From contig OZ224045.1 in the NCBI GenBank assembly GCA_963665325.3, positions 1,856,001 through 1,920,000 of the forward strand: a stretch of 64,000 nucleotides of DNA. Reading direction: 5' to 3'. Made by a program: the position numbers and the translations under genes. The DNA is from Alphaproteobacteria bacterium. GTDB lineage: Bacteria > Pseudomonadota > Alphaproteobacteria > Bin95. Below are positions 9,850 through 20,066 of this stretch, piece by piece. The notes under the pieces are model-generated. The model was not told where the DNA came from. It did not search any database and worked only from the letters and a program-made list of their open reading frames with translations. Numbering within the stretch: position 1 is the first letter of the stretch; every line of letters starts with the position of its first letter.

Positions 9850-11940
9850 ATGTCCGAAGTCGTCCACTTCAGCAGGCAGGGACCTGTCGGCATCATTACT
9901 GTGGACTATCCGCCTGTGAACGCGCTTGGGCCGGGTGTCCGCGAAGGCATACTGGACGCGCTCGACCGCGGCATCGCTGATTCCGAAGTGCGGGCCATGG
10001 TGCTGATCGGGGCCGGCCGGAGCTTTATCGCCGGTGCCGATATTCGCGGCTTCGGCAAGGGACGCCCACCGGTCACCCGACGCACCCATGACGTGCTGGA
10101 AGCAAGTCCCAAGCCGATTGTTGCGGCGATTCACGGCTACGCGCTCGGCGGCGGGCTGGAGAATGCCCTCGGCTGCCACTACCGCATCGCCGTGCCGGGC
10201 GCGAAGGTGGGCCTGCCTGAAGTCCTGATCGGCATCCTGCCAGGCGGCGGCGGCACGCAGCGCCTGCCTCGCCTGATCGGCCCGGAGGCCGCGCTCGAGA
10301 TGATCGTCTCGGGCCGCCACGTGCCCGCGCCGGAAGCGCTTGCGCTGGGCATTCTCGACGAGCTGGTGGAGGGTGGCGAACTGCGCGATGCCGCCGTTGC
10401 CTTTGCGATGCGGGTGATGCACGAGCCCGTCCTGCCGAGAGCGTCGGAACGGGAGATACCGGAGCACGATCCGGGTATCTTCGAGGCGATGCGGCAAAAG
10501 ATCGCCCGCCGTGCCCGCAATCAGCCGGCGCCCTGGCATTGCATCCGCTGTGTGGAGATTGCGTGTTCCACGCCCTTCGAGGAAGGCATCCGGCAGGAGC
10601 GCGCGCTGTTCGAGGAGTTGGAGAACTCGGAGGAGGCGAAGGCGCTGCGCTATGCCTTCTTCGCAGAGCGTGAAGCACAGCGCTCGCCGGTTGTGCCGCG
10701 CGGAACGCCCGCCCGCCCGGTGGAGGCAGCCGCGGTGGTCGGCGCCGGAACCATGGGCGGCGGGATCGCCATGACCTGCGCCGATGCCGGCCTGCCGGTC
10801 AAGATCATGGACAAGGACCCGGAGACGCTCGCGCGGGGCATGGAACGAATCGGGAAGACCTACGCGGCAAGCGTCGCCCGGGGTTCGCTGGACGAAGCGG
10901 CCATGGCGGCGCGCCTCGCCCTGATCGAACCGGTCGAAACCTACGATGCGATTGCGGATGCCGATGTCGTGATCGAGGCGGTGTTCGAGGAAGTCGGCGT
11001 CAAGCGGGACGTCTTCCGGGCTCTGGACCGGACGATGAAGCCGGGCGCCCTGCTGCTCTCGAACACCTCCGCGCTGGATATCGACGAGATTGCAGCCGCG
11101 ACGGAGCGGCCGGAAGACGTGGCCGGCGCGCATTTCTTCAGCCCGGCCAATGTCATGAAACTGCTGGAGGTCGTCCGCGGCGAGCGGACGTCCGAGGAGG
11201 TGCTGGCCTCAGTCCAGGCGCTGGCGAAGCGGCTCGCCAAGGTAGGCGTCGTCTGCGGCAACTGCGACGGCTTCGTCGCCAACCGATCGCGCGCGCCGTT
11301 CAACACCGAGATGATCATCCTGCTGGAAGAAGGGGCGCTGCCGGAGCAGGTGGACGGGGCAATGGTCGAGTTCGGCTATCTCATGGGTCCGTTCGTGGTC
11401 GGCGACCTCGCCGGACTCGACATCGGCTATGCCGGGCGCAAGCGCAGGGAAGCAGCCGATCCGACGATCCGCCCGCTGCCGATTGCGGACGCCTTGGTCG
11501 AAGCGGGGCGCCTCGGCATGAAGACGGGCGCCGGATGGTACCGTTACGAGCCCGGCGACCGCACGCCGCATCCCGACCCGGAGGTAGCGGCGCTGATCCG
11601 GCAGGTCGCCGGCGAATCGGGCGTCGAGCAACGGGAGTTCGACGACGAGGAGATCTCGCAGCGCCTGCTTTTCTCGTCCGTCAACGAGGCCTGCCGGATT
11701 ATCGAGGAGGGCATGGCCGGACACGCCGTGGAAGTGGACACGATGTGGCTCTACGGATTCGGGTTTCCGCGTTACCGTGGCGGGCTCATGTATTGGGCCG
11801 ATACCATTGGCGTCAGAGCGGTCTATGGCCGGATCGCGGCATGGCACCAGCGCTATGGAGAACGGTGGGCACCGGCGCCCCTCTTGCGGCGCCTCGCCGA
11901 GAGCGGCACACCGCTGAGGGAGGCGGCTTCCGATATGTGA
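9850..11940 (+). CDS. Enoyl-CoA hydratase / 3-hydroxyacyl-CoA dehydrogenase fusion
   Basis: PPVNAL, AGADI, GGGLE, GAGTMGGGIA, SNTS, HFFSPA. Confidence 0.92.
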   Translation: MSEVVHFSRQGPVGIITVDYPPVNALGPGVREGILDALDRGIADSEVRAMVLIGAGRSFIAGADIRGFGKGRPPVTRRTHDVLEASPKPIVAAIHGYALGGGLENALGCHYRIAVPGAKVGLPEVLIGILPGGGGTQRLPRLIGPEAALEMIVSGRHVPAPEALALGILDELVEGGELRDAAVAFAMRVMHEPVLPRASEREIPEHDPGIFEAMRQKIARRARNQPAPWHCIRCVEIACSTPFEEGIRQERALFEELENSEEAKALRYAFFAEREAQRSPVVPRGTPARPVEAAAVVGAGTMGGGIAMTCADAGLPVKIMDKDPETLARGMERIGKTYAASVARGSLDEAAMAARLALIEPVETYDAIADADVVIEAVFEEVGVKRDVFRALDRTMKPGALLLSNTSALDIDEIAAATERPEDVAGAHFFSPANVMKLLEVVRGERTSEEVLASVQALAKRLAKVGVVCGNCDGFVANRSRAPFNTEMIILLEEGALPEQVDGAMVEFGYLMGPFVVGDLAGLDIGYAGRKRREAADPTIRPLPIADALVEAGRLGMKTGAGWYRYEPGDRTPHPDPEVAALIRQVAGESGVEQREFDDEEISQRLLFSSVNEACRIIEEGMAGHAVEVDTMWLYGFGFPRYRGGLMYWADTIGVRAVYGRIAAWHQRYGERWAPAPLLRRLAESGTPLREAASDM

Positions 11941-12043
11941 TTCGTGTTTGCGAATCGGGCATGAACCGTTATCATAACGGGTGGCCGAACCAGCCGATTG
12001 GCCGCCCGCTACTTCAGACACACGGCAATCGCGAGGAAATAAC

Positions 12044-12886
12044 ATGCTGTCACGGATCACTACCTATATTGTGGTCGGGACCGCTGCGCTTGCGCTCGGA
12101 GGATGCGCGTCGAACCTGAAAGACGCGCAGATGGCCGAGGCGACCGGGTCCGACTTCCAGATGGGATTAATCGAGGGCTACAAGAAGCTCGCAAACATGG
12201 AAGCGGCCGAAGCGGACTGGCAGGACGCTCGGGTCTTCTCCGCCCGCGTGATGGCTGTCGCTAGCGGCGCCGATGTGATGCCCGAGTCGCCCTCCGACCG
12301 CGTTCTTCCGGCTGACGTCAGTTGGGAAGTGGAAATCGCCCAGGCGCGGCTCGAAACCATCTTGGACGGCGGCGGGCGCGAGAAGGCCGGAAAGGCCGCC
12401 GCCATGGCGCAGGTCGGCTTCGATTGCTGGCTGCAGGAGCTGGAAGAAAATATCCAGCCGGACGATATTGCGAACTGCAAGGCGATGTTCGAGGAAGGCG
12501 CGAGCGCTGCGGAAGATGCGCTTCGGCCGCCGCCGCCGAAGCCCGTCGACAAGGGCCCGTGGGAGGTCTATTTCGCCTGGGACAGCGCGGCTATCGACGC
12601 GGCGGCCCAGCAGGCGATCAACACGGCCTACACGGCGCACCGCAAGTTCAAGGGTTCGACCGTGAACATCTCCGGCCACGCCGACACGAGCGGCCCGTCC
12701 AAATACAACCAGAAGCTCTCCGAGATGCGGGCCAAGGCGGTCTATGAGGTGTTCACCCTCGACCTGCTCGTTCCCGAAGAACAGGTCTCGATGAATGCGA
12801 TGGGCGAGGATGGACTGGCGATCTTGACTCCGGACAACACCCGCGAGGTGCTGAACCGCCGGGTCGTGATTCATCTCTCGAAATAG
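12044..12886 (+). CDS. OmpA-family lipoprotein
   Basis: Lipobox ALGGC; C-terminal VYFAWD ... GHADTSG ... YNQKLS..RA ... NRRV. Confidence 0.88.
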   Translation: MLSRITTYIVVGTAALALGGCASNLKDAQMAEATGSDFQMGLIEGYKKLANMEAAEADWQDARVFSARVMAVASGADVMPESPSDRVLPADVSWEVEIAQARLETILDGGGREKAGKAAAMAQVGFDCWLQELEENIQPDDIANCKAMFEEGASAAEDALRPPPPKPVDKGPWEVYFAWDSAAIDAAAQQAINTAYTAHRKFKGSTVNISGHADTSGPSKYNQKLSEMRAKAVYEVFTLDLLVPEEQVSMNAMGEDGLAILTPDNTREVLNRRVVIHLSK

Positions 12887-12921
12887 GCTGGAAGCCGGGT
12901 AACCGGCGGAACGGTCACGGG

Positions 12922-12949
12922 GGCGCCCCGCCGGTAACGGCGGGGCGCC
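12922..12949. terminator. GC-rich hairpin between convergent genes
   Basis: GGCGCCCCGCCG-GTAA-CGGCGGGGCGCC perfect 12-bp stem. Confidence 0.7.
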
Positions 12950-12956
12950 TTGCATT

Positions 12957-14156
12957 TCAGGCCTGCAGGACCGTTCCCTCGCGGCAAAGCCGGGCGATTT
13001 CTTTGGGCGAATAGCCGAGCAGTTCCGCAAGGCAGGCTTCTGTGTGCTCGCCGAGCAACGGCGCCCCGGCCGGGGGCCGCACCGGCGTTCCGGAAAGCGA
13101 TACCGGCGAGCGAACAGCCCGCACCTCGCCCAGCGCGCTGTGCGCCTGCGTCACGACCATGCCGCGCAGCTCCATCTCCTCTGACGCGAAGGCTTCCGCC
13201 ACACTGCGCACCGGTCCGCCGGGAATGCCTGCGGCCCGCATGCGCGCGATCCAGCCGTCCCGCGTATCGGCTTTGAGGATGCCGTTCATGGCTGCCGTCA
13301 ATGCTTCGCGGTTCTCCATGCGCGCGGCGTTGGTGGCGAAGGCGGGGTCGTCCGCGAGACCGGGGCGGTGGAAGACCTCTACGGCCAGGCGCCGGAACAG
13401 GCGGTCGGTCGTCACCGCAATCATCACCGGGCCGTCCGAGGCCTCGAACAGGCCGGCCGGCATGGCGACCAGGTTGGAATTGCCCGGCCGGCCGATATCG
13501 ACCCCACCCTCCAGCCAGGCGGTCGCGGCATGGGAGGTCATGGCGACGGCGGTGTCGAACAGCGGCACGTCGATGCGCTGGCCCCGGCCGGTGCGCTCGC
13601 GGGCGACCAGGGCCGCCAGCACCGCCTGTGCGGCATACATGCCGGCCATGATGTCCACCAGCGAGACGCCGGTGCGCATCGGCGGGCCGTCGGGTTCGCC
13701 GGTGAGCGACATGAGGCCGCTCTCGCCCTGCGCCACCGGGTCGTAGCCGGGCCTGTCCGCGAGCGCGCCGCTGCGCCCGTAGCCAGAAACCGAGCAATAG
13801 ACGAGGCGAGGATTCTCCGCCGCCAGCGCCTCATATCCGAGGCCGCGCCGGTCGAGCGCGCCGGTGCGGGCATTCTCCAGTAGCACGTCGGAAATGCGCG
13901 CGAGCCCGCGCACGATCTCGGCGCCCTCGGGCTTGGTGAGATCGACGGCGATGCTCTTCTTGTTGCGGTTGACGGTCAGGAAATAGGTCGAATGGCCGTC
14001 CCGGGCGGGAGAAAGGAAGCTGCGCGTGTCGTCGCCGCCGGCCGGGTTCTCGACCTTGAGCACCTCCGCGCCGAGGTCGGCGAGCTGCATCGTGCACCAG
14101 GGGCCGGACAGCACGCGGGTCAGATCGACGACGCGAATGCCTGCAAGAGCGGTCAC
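12957..14156 (-). CDS. CaiB/BaiF family III CoA-transferase
   Basis: DLTRVLSGP, LADLGAEVLKVE, NRNKKS, GYD..AQ, P.LGEHT. Confidence 0.93.
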   Translation of the reverse strand: MTALAGIRVVDLTRVLSGPWCTMQLADLGAEVLKVENPAGGDDTRSFLSPARDGHSTYFLTVNRNKKSIAVDLTKPEGAEIVRGLARISDVLLENARTGALDRRGLGYEALAAENPRLVYCSVSGYGRSGALADRPGYDPVAQGESGLMSLTGEPDGPPMRTGVSLVDIMAGMYAAQAVLAALVARERTGRGQRIDVPLFDTAVAMTSHAATAWLEGGVDIGRPGNSNLVAMPAGLFEASDGPVMIAVTTDRLFRRLAVEVFHRPGLADDPAFATNAARMENREALTAAMNGILKADTRDGWIARMRAAGIPGGPVRSVAEAFASEEMELRGMVVTQAHSALGEVRAVRSPVSLSGTPVRPPAGAPLLGEHTEACLAELLGYSPKEIARLCREGTVLQA

Positions 14157-14189
14157 GGGAGCCGGTCCTTTCTTCTTGCGGGGCGGAGT

Positions 14190-14999
14190 TCAGGAATACA
14201 CCCAGGCGAGCAGCAGCCCGCCGAGCACGACCCGATAGACGACGAAGGGGGTGAAGCTCGACCGGGCGAGCCAGCGCATCATCGCGGCTATCGCCGCCAG
14301 GGCGGCCGCGAAGGCGAGCAGGGCCGCGAGAACTGCTGCCGCGGCAATCGAGGGATCGCCCGTTCGCACGAGGTCGCGGGCCGTCCACAACCCGGCGCCC
14401 AGAATGACCGGGATCGAGAGCAGCAGGGCGAAACGCGCCGCTTCGGCCCGCTCGAAGCCAAGCGCCAGCGCTGCCGTCATGGTGATGCCGGAGCGGCTGA
14501 CGCCCGGCACGAGCGCGAGGACCTGCGCCGCGCCGATGGCGAGCGCATGGGGCAGGCGCAGCGAGTCGAGCCGCTTCGTCCGCCGGCCCCGGCGGTCGGC
14601 GGCCCAGAGAACCAGGCCGAACCCGAGCGTCGTCCAGGCGATGACCTCGATGCTCCGCGCCTCTGCGGCGACGGTGTCCTTCAGGAGCGCACCGGCGGCC
14701 GCGACCGGAACGGCGGCCGCCGCCACCTGCCAGCCGAGCGCCCAGCCCTCCGGCCGGGGGCCGGCAAGCCCGGCGAGGCCCGCCCGGACTAGGCGGGCAA
14801 TATCGCGGCGGAAATAGACCAGCACGGCCCCGAGGGTGCCGAGATGGACGGCGACATCGAGCACGAGCGCGGCGGCTTCCTCCGGGCGGTACTCCCCATA
14901 GGCCGCGTGGACGAGCACCAGGTGCGCCGAGGAACTGACCGGCAGGAACTCGGTAATGCCCTGGACGAGCGCGAGAAGGACGATGAGCAAGAACGGCAA
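14190..14999 (-). CDS. uppP: Undecaprenyl-diphosphate phosphatase
   Basis: QGITEFLPVSSSAHL and PGVSRSG motifs; TTG start approximate. Confidence 0.92.
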   Translation of the reverse strand: MPFLLIVLLALVQGITEFLPVSSSAHLVLVHAAYGEYRPEEAAALVLDVAVHLGTLGAVLVYFRRDIARLVRAGLAGLAGPRPEGWALGWQVAAAAVPVAAAGALLKDTVAAEARSIEVIAWTTLGFGLVLWAADRRGRRTKRLDSLRLPHALAIGAAQVLALVPGVSRSGITMTAALALGFERAEAARFALLLSIPVILGAGLWTARDLVRTGDPSIAAAAVLAALLAFAAALAAIAAMMRWLARSSFTPFVVYRVVLGGLLLAWVYS

Positions 15000-15088
15000 G
15001 GGCGGTCCGGGTCCGGAGGGTCGACGACGGGATATAGCACTGCCGGACGGTTGCGGGTTAAAGTGGCGCATCGATTCAGGGGGCGTAT

Positions 15089-15757
15089 ATGGCGACCCTG
15101 CTTCACCTGCCGCTTTCGCCCTATTGCCGCAAGGTGCGCATCGCTCTGGGCGAGCTCAATATCCCGTTCGCGCTGGAGGAGGAGCCCGTCTGGGAACGGC
15201 GCGAGGCCTTCGTTGCGCTCAACCCGGCGGCAACGGTGCCGGTGCTGCTGCTGGACGACGGCTATGCCCTGGCCGAGAGCCAGGCCATCGTGGAATATCT
15301 GGAGGACACGGCCGAGGCGCCGTTCCTGATGGGCAAGGGCGCGAAGCTGCGGGCGGAAATCCGCCGGCTCGCCCTCTGGTTCGATAACAAGTTCGGCTCC
15401 GAGGTGACCGACTATCTCTACCGGGAGCGGATCATGAAGCGGATGGCGGGGCACGGGCCGCCGAACTCGGAATTCGTTCGCGCCGGCGTCCTCAACCTTG
15501 AGCAGCACCTCCGCTATGTCGACACGCTTCTGGAGGCGCGTCACTGGCTGGCGGGCGACGGGTTCTCGCTGGCGGATATCGCCGCAGGCGCGCATCTCTC
15601 CTCGCTCGACTATATGGGCGCGGTTCCCTGGTCCGACCATCCGCCGGCGCATGAATGGTATGCGCGTTTCAAGTCCCGCCCGTCGGTCCGCCCGCTGCTC
15701 TCCGACCGGGTGCCGGGCTGGCGGCCGGCCCCCCATTACGCCGACCTCGACTTTTGA
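15089..15757 (+). CDS. fzlA: GST-family FtsZ-binding protein FzlA-like
   Basis: GST fold (SPYCRKVR, LNPAATVP), C-terminal KSRPS.RPLL.D...HYADLDF tail, divergent from uppP as in other alphaproteobacteria. Confidence 0.75.
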   Translation: MATLLHLPLSPYCRKVRIALGELNIPFALEEEPVWERREAFVALNPAATVPVLLLDDGYALAESQAIVEYLEDTAEAPFLMGKGAKLRAEIRRLALWFDNKFGSEVTDYLYRERIMKRMAGHGPPNSEFVRAGVLNLEQHLRYVDTLLEARHWLAGDGFSLADIAAGAHLSSLDYMGAVPWSDHPPAHEWYARFKSRPSVRPLLSDRVPGWRPAPHYADLDF

Positions 15758-15776
15758 CCGGCAGGGCCGGAGACCG

Positions 15777-16592
15777 GTGAGGCTCTTCGTCCACGGGCTC
15801 GGCTATTCCGCCGAACGCCTTGCGCTCCGGCTGGCGGCGGAGGGCTGGGAGATTGCCGGCACGACGCGCGAGGCGGAGAAGGCGGCGCGCTTCGCGGCGC
15901 GCGGCTGGAACCGGTTCGACAGACGGCAAGCGACGCATCTCCTTTTCTCCGCGCCGCCGGGCGAATCGGGCGATCCCTTCCTGCCGGGCTTCGAGCCGCC
16001 GCCGCGGCTCGTATGGGCGGGCTATCTCTCGACCACCGGCGTTTACGGCGACCGGGGCGGCGGCTGGGTGAACGAGGAAAGTCCGCTCCTGCCGACGGGA
16101 GGGCGGGGCCGCCGGCGGGTGGAGGCCGAATCCGCCTGGACGGCGCGCGGCCTGCCGCTGCATGTGTTCCGGATCGCGGGAATTTACGGGCCGGGCCGCA
16201 ATGCGTTGGCGGCCGCCCGCGCCGGGCGGGCGCGGCGGATCGTCAAGCCGGGCCAGGTGTTCTCCCGTATCCATGTCGATGACATCGCGGCGGCGCTGGC
16301 CGCTTCCATCGCGCGCCCCAATCCCGGCCGCGCCTACAATCTCGCCGACGACAGGCCGGCCCCGCCCTCGGAAGTAACCGAGTTCGCCTGCCGCCTGCTG
16401 GACCTGCCGCCGCCCCCGGCCGAGCCCTTCGAGGCCGCCCGACTCTCGCCCATGGCCGCAAGCTTCTACCGCGACAGCAAACGCGTCTCCAACGCCCGCA
16501 TCAAGGCCGAACTCGGCGTCCGCTTGCGCTACCCGGGCTACCGGGAGGGCCTGCGGGCGCTGCTTGAGGCGGGGGAGGGGATGCCGGCATGA
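15777..16592 (+). CDS. Atypical SDR / NAD-dependent epimerase
   Basis: GLGYS, YLSTTGVYGD..G.WV.E, GIYGPGR, FSRIHVDDI. Confidence 0.88.
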   Translation: MRLFVHGLGYSAERLALRLAAEGWEIAGTTREAEKAARFAARGWNRFDRRQATHLLFSAPPGESGDPFLPGFEPPPRLVWAGYLSTTGVYGDRGGGWVNEESPLLPTGGRGRRRVEAESAWTARGLPLHVFRIAGIYGPGRNALAAARAGRARRIVKPGQVFSRIHVDDIAAALAASIARPNPGRAYNLADDRPAPPSEVTEFACRLLDLPPPPAEPFEAARLSPMAASFYRDSKRVSNARIKAELGVRLRYPGYREGLRALLEAGEGMPA

Positions 16593-16673
16593 GATTGTCG
16601 CGGCAGACCTGTGCGCTCTCGCCGCCTTTGTTCTTCCGCGATTGGTATACCGAGGCTTGACGGACTATCCCGG

Positions 16674-16820
16674 TGAACCGCGCCCGCCCGCGCGCGACAC
16701 GCGCAGCAAAGGAGGGCTGCGCCGGGGAGGCGGCCGCGCGGCTGAGATGGAACGAAACGCGATGGAGGAATGGTATCCAAGATGCGGGGTATGACAGAAA
16801 GAAACATTTCATGACGCATC
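16674..16820 (+). repeat. Degenerate, 5'-truncated copy (D) of the dispersed intergenic element
   Basis: GAACCGCGCC..GCCCGCGCGCGA.ACGCGC..CAAAGG shared with copy A; 16748-16770 matches 62947-62969 at 22/23 nt; ATGAC at 16791 and 16811. Confidence 0.6.
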
Positions 16821-16914
16821 GCAAGGGGGCCCGAATTTGTAACTCCTGATGACATCGCCGCGCGTCTCGATGAATATAGACCCCGACAGGCCCGAACAGC
16901 GAACCGGAGGCGTC

Positions 16915-17898
16915 ATGACTCTCAATGCCGAGCTCAGCCGCAGGATCTACACGGACATGTGGCGAATCCGCCTCTTCGAGGAGGAGGCTCTGCGCCAGAC
17001 CAACCTCGGCTCCGTGAAAGGAACGCTGCACACCTATTGCGGCGAGGAAGCGATCGCGGTCGCGGTATGCGCGCATCTGCGCGACGACGACTATGTGCTG
17101 GGCACCCATCGCAGCCACGGGCACTGCCTCGCCAAGGGCGCGCCGATGGACCGCATGATGGCGGAGCTGTTCGGGCGCACGACCGGCAGCTGCCGCGCCA
17201 AAGGCGGGTCCATGCACATCGCGGACTTCTCCCGCAACATCCTCGGCGCTAACGGCATCGTCGCCGGCGGCATCGGCCCCGGCACCGGCACGGCGCTCGC
17301 CAGCAAAATCCGCAAGAGTGACCAGGTGTCGGTCGTGTTCTTTGGCGACGGCGCGGCGGCGCGCGGCCCCTTTCATGAGGGTCTCCTGTTCGGTTCGCTC
17401 TGGAAGCTGCCGGTTATCTATGTCTGCGAGAACAACGGCTACCAGCAATGGGTGCCGCGCAGGAATGTCGCCGTGGTGGACTCGGTGGCCGACATGGCGG
17501 CGTCCTACGCCATTCCCGGCGTCTCGGTGGACGGGCAGGACCTGGAGGCGGTCTATGGCGCGGCGGAAGAGGCGGTCGCCCGCGCGCGGCGAGGCGAGGG
17601 CCCGACGCTGATCGAGGCGCGCACCTACCGCTTCTACGGCCACAGCCTGGGCGACATGGAGGAATACCGCTCGCGAGAGGAAGTCGACGACTGGCGCGAG
17701 AACCGCGACCCCATCAAGCTGTTCAGCGCGTGGATGAAGGAGCGCCAGTGGCTCGGCGACGACGAGGACGAGGCGATCCAGACGGAGGTGAAGGCGGAGA
17801 TCGTCAGGTCCGTGGCCTTCGCCGAGGAAAGCCCGCTGCCGAGCCCGGAGGACGTCATGACCGACGTGCTGGATGACGAATGGAGGGTTTCGGCATGA
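16915..17898 (+). CDS. TPP-dependent dehydrogenase E1 alpha subunit (AcoA/PdhA-like)
   Basis: THRSHGH, GGSMH, FFGDGA..ENN, TYRFYGHS; GGAGG RBS. Confidence 0.92.
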   Translation: MTLNAELSRRIYTDMWRIRLFEEEALRQTNLGSVKGTLHTYCGEEAIAVAVCAHLRDDDYVLGTHRSHGHCLAKGAPMDRMMAELFGRTTGSCRAKGGSMHIADFSRNILGANGIVAGGIGPGTGTALASKIRKSDQVSVVFFGDGAAARGPFHEGLLFGSLWKLPVIYVCENNGYQQWVPRRNVAVVDSVADMAASYAIPGVSVDGQDLEAVYGAAEEAVARARRGEGPTLIEARTYRFYGHSLGDMEEYRSREEVDDWRENRDPIKLFSAWMKERQWLGDDEDEAIQTEVKAEIVRSVAFAEESPLPSPEDVMTDVLDDEWRVSA

Positions 17899-18866
17899 GG
17901 ACCATCGCGCTGCGCGACGCGCTCCGGGAAGCGTTGCATGAGGAAATGGCCCGCGATGACAGCGTGTTCGTCATCGGCGAGGACGTGATCGCGCATGGCG
18001 GCCCCTACACCGTCACCCAGGGCATCGTGGACAAGTGGCCGGAGCGCATCTTCGAGACGCCGATTGCCGAGGCGGGCATAGTCGGTCTCGGCGTCGGCGC
18101 CGCACTCGCCGGCATGCGCCCGGTGGTCGAGATCATGTATGTCGATTTCATCACCTGCGCGATGGACGAGGTCGTCAACCAGGCGGCCAAGATGCGCTAC
18201 ATGACCGGCGGGCAGGCGAGCGTGCCCATCGTCATTCGCCTGCCTTGCGGCCCGGCCCGGCTGGTAGCGGCCCAGCATTCGCAGATCATGGAATCCTGGT
18301 TCATGCATGTGCCGGGCCTCCAGGTGGTGGCCCCGAGCACGCCCTACGATGCCAAGGGCCTGATGAAGACGGCGATCCGGAGCCCCGACCCGGTGGCGTT
18401 CTTCGAATACAAGGCGCTCTATGTGAGCGAGGGCGAGGTGCCGGAGGAGGACTATGTGATCCCGTTCGGCAAGGCCGACATCAAGCGGGAAGGCGAGGAC
18501 GCCACGGTCGTTGCCATCGGCGGCATGGTGCCCCGCGCGCTGGAAGCGGGCATCGCGCTTGAGGACGAGGGCTACGACATCGAGGTCGTGGACCCGAGGA
18601 CGCTTGCCCCGCTCGACATGGAGACGATCTGCGAATCCGTGCGTCGGACGGGCCGCGTGGTGGTCTGCGAGATGGACTCCTCCTTCGCCGGCACCGGCGC
18701 AGAGATCGCTGCGGCGCTCGCCGAGCAGTGCTTTCACGATTTGCGCGCGCCGATCGTGCGGGTCGGCAGCCCGCATGTGCCGATGCCGTTCGCCGAGGAA
18801 CTGGTGAACGTCACCGTGCCCGATGCCAAGGCAGTCGCGAAGGCGGTGCGGAAGGTCATGGCCTGA
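17895..18866 (+). CDS. TPP-dependent dehydrogenase E1 beta subunit
   Basis: GEDV, TPIAE, GMRPVVE, AAQHSQ, PSTPYDAKG. Confidence 0.93.
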   Translation: MRTIALRDALREALHEEMARDDSVFVIGEDVIAHGGPYTVTQGIVDKWPERIFETPIAEAGIVGLGVGAALAGMRPVVEIMYVDFITCAMDEVVNQAAKMRYMTGGQASVPIVIRLPCGPARLVAAQHSQIMESWFMHVPGLQVVAPSTPYDAKGLMKTAIRSPDPVAFFEYKALYVSEGEVPEEDYVIPFGKADIKREGEDATVVAIGGMVPRALEAGIALEDEGYDIEVVDPRTLAPLDMETICESVRRTGRVVVCEMDSSFAGTGAEIAAALAEQCFHDLRAPIVRVGSPHVPMPFAEELVNVTVPDAKAVAKAVRKVMA

Positions 18867-20035
18867 TGGCGGTCCGTCTCAGGCTCGCCGCGCTCGGCCA
18901 CACCATGGAGCGCGGCAAGGTCGTGGAGTGGTATGCGACCGAAGGCGCTCCGGTCGAACAGGGCGCGCCGCTCTATTCCGTCGAGACCGACAAGGCGACG
19001 GTCGATGTCGAGGCGCCGGCCGGCGGCGTGCTGCTGCGCATCGACGCCGATGTGGACCGGGAATACCCGGTCGGCGCCACGCTCGCCTGGATCGGCGAGA
19101 GCGGCGAGGACCTGCCGGAGAAGACGGACGAAACGGTCGCCGCGCCGGCGGCAGTATCGGACGACCAGCGGGTGACGCCCGTCGCGCGGCGTCTTGCGGA
19201 GCGGCGCGGCGTGGACGCCGACCGCTTGGCAGGCACCGGCCCCGGCGGGCGCGTCACCAAGGAAGACGTGCAGCGCGCCACCGACGCGGGCACCGCGCCG
19301 CCGCTGGAGAAGAAGGCGTCCGGCGAGCCCGAGCACGATGTCATCCCGCTGACCCCCATTCGGCGGGTGACGGCCGAGCGCCTCAGCGCCCATTGGGCCG
19401 GCGCGCCGCAGGTGACGGAAGGCATCGACATCGACATGACCGACATGCGCGCCTTCCGCAATGCCAGCCGCAGCGAATGGCGCACCGCCTACGGCCTCGT
19501 CCCCTCGCTCAACGACATCCTGCTGAAGGCGGTCGCGGCCGCGCTGGAGGCGCATCCGGCACTCAACTCGGCCTTCGTCGATGGCGAGGTCCACCGCTAT
19601 CGGGAGGTCAATCTGGGTGTGGCGGTCGATGTCGAGGACGGGCTGGTGGTGCCGGTGCTGCGCAATGCTGCAAAGCTCGGCCTCGGCCAGATCGCGACCG
19701 CCGCAGCCGATCTCGCCGAGCGAGCCAAGACGGGCAAGCTCTCCGTGCCGGATTTCGAGGGCGCGACCTTCACGGTCAGCAACCTGGCGGCGCTCGGCGT
19801 GGACTGGTTCACCCCGGTGCTGAACCCGCCGCAATGCGCCATCCTCGGCGTCGGCAGGATGCGGCGCATGCCCGCCGTCGTGCGGAACGAGGTCGCGGTC
19901 CGCGATATCGCCACTTTCGTTCTCACCTTCGACCACCGCGCGCTCGACGGCGCCCCCGCCGCCCGCTTCCTCGCAAGGCTCAAGCGCCTGCTGGAATCGC
20001 CGGATCCGTCGCTGTTCTCCGGGCCAGGCGGTTAA
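18866..20035 (+). CDS. Dihydrolipoamide acyltransferase E2
   Basis: Lipoyl ETDKA, E3-binding GTGPGGRV, catalytic DHRALDG. Confidence 0.92.
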   Translation: MAVRLRLAALGHTMERGKVVEWYATEGAPVEQGAPLYSVETDKATVDVEAPAGGVLLRIDADVDREYPVGATLAWIGESGEDLPEKTDETVAAPAAVSDDQRVTPVARRLAERRGVDADRLAGTGPGGRVTKEDVQRATDAGTAPPLEKKASGEPEHDVIPLTPIRRVTAERLSAHWAGAPQVTEGIDIDMTDMRAFRNASRSEWRTAYGLVPSLNDILLKAVAAALEAHPALNSAFVDGEVHRYREVNLGVAVDVEDGLVVPVLRNAAKLGLGQIATAAADLAERAKTGKLSVPDFEGATFTVSNLAALGVDWFTPVLNPPQCAILGVGRMRRMPAVVRNEVAVRDIATFVLTFDHRALDGAPAARFLARLKRLLESPDPSLFSGPGG

Positions 20036-20066
20036 CACGCACCGCATGCGGCCCTCGCGCTGAACG

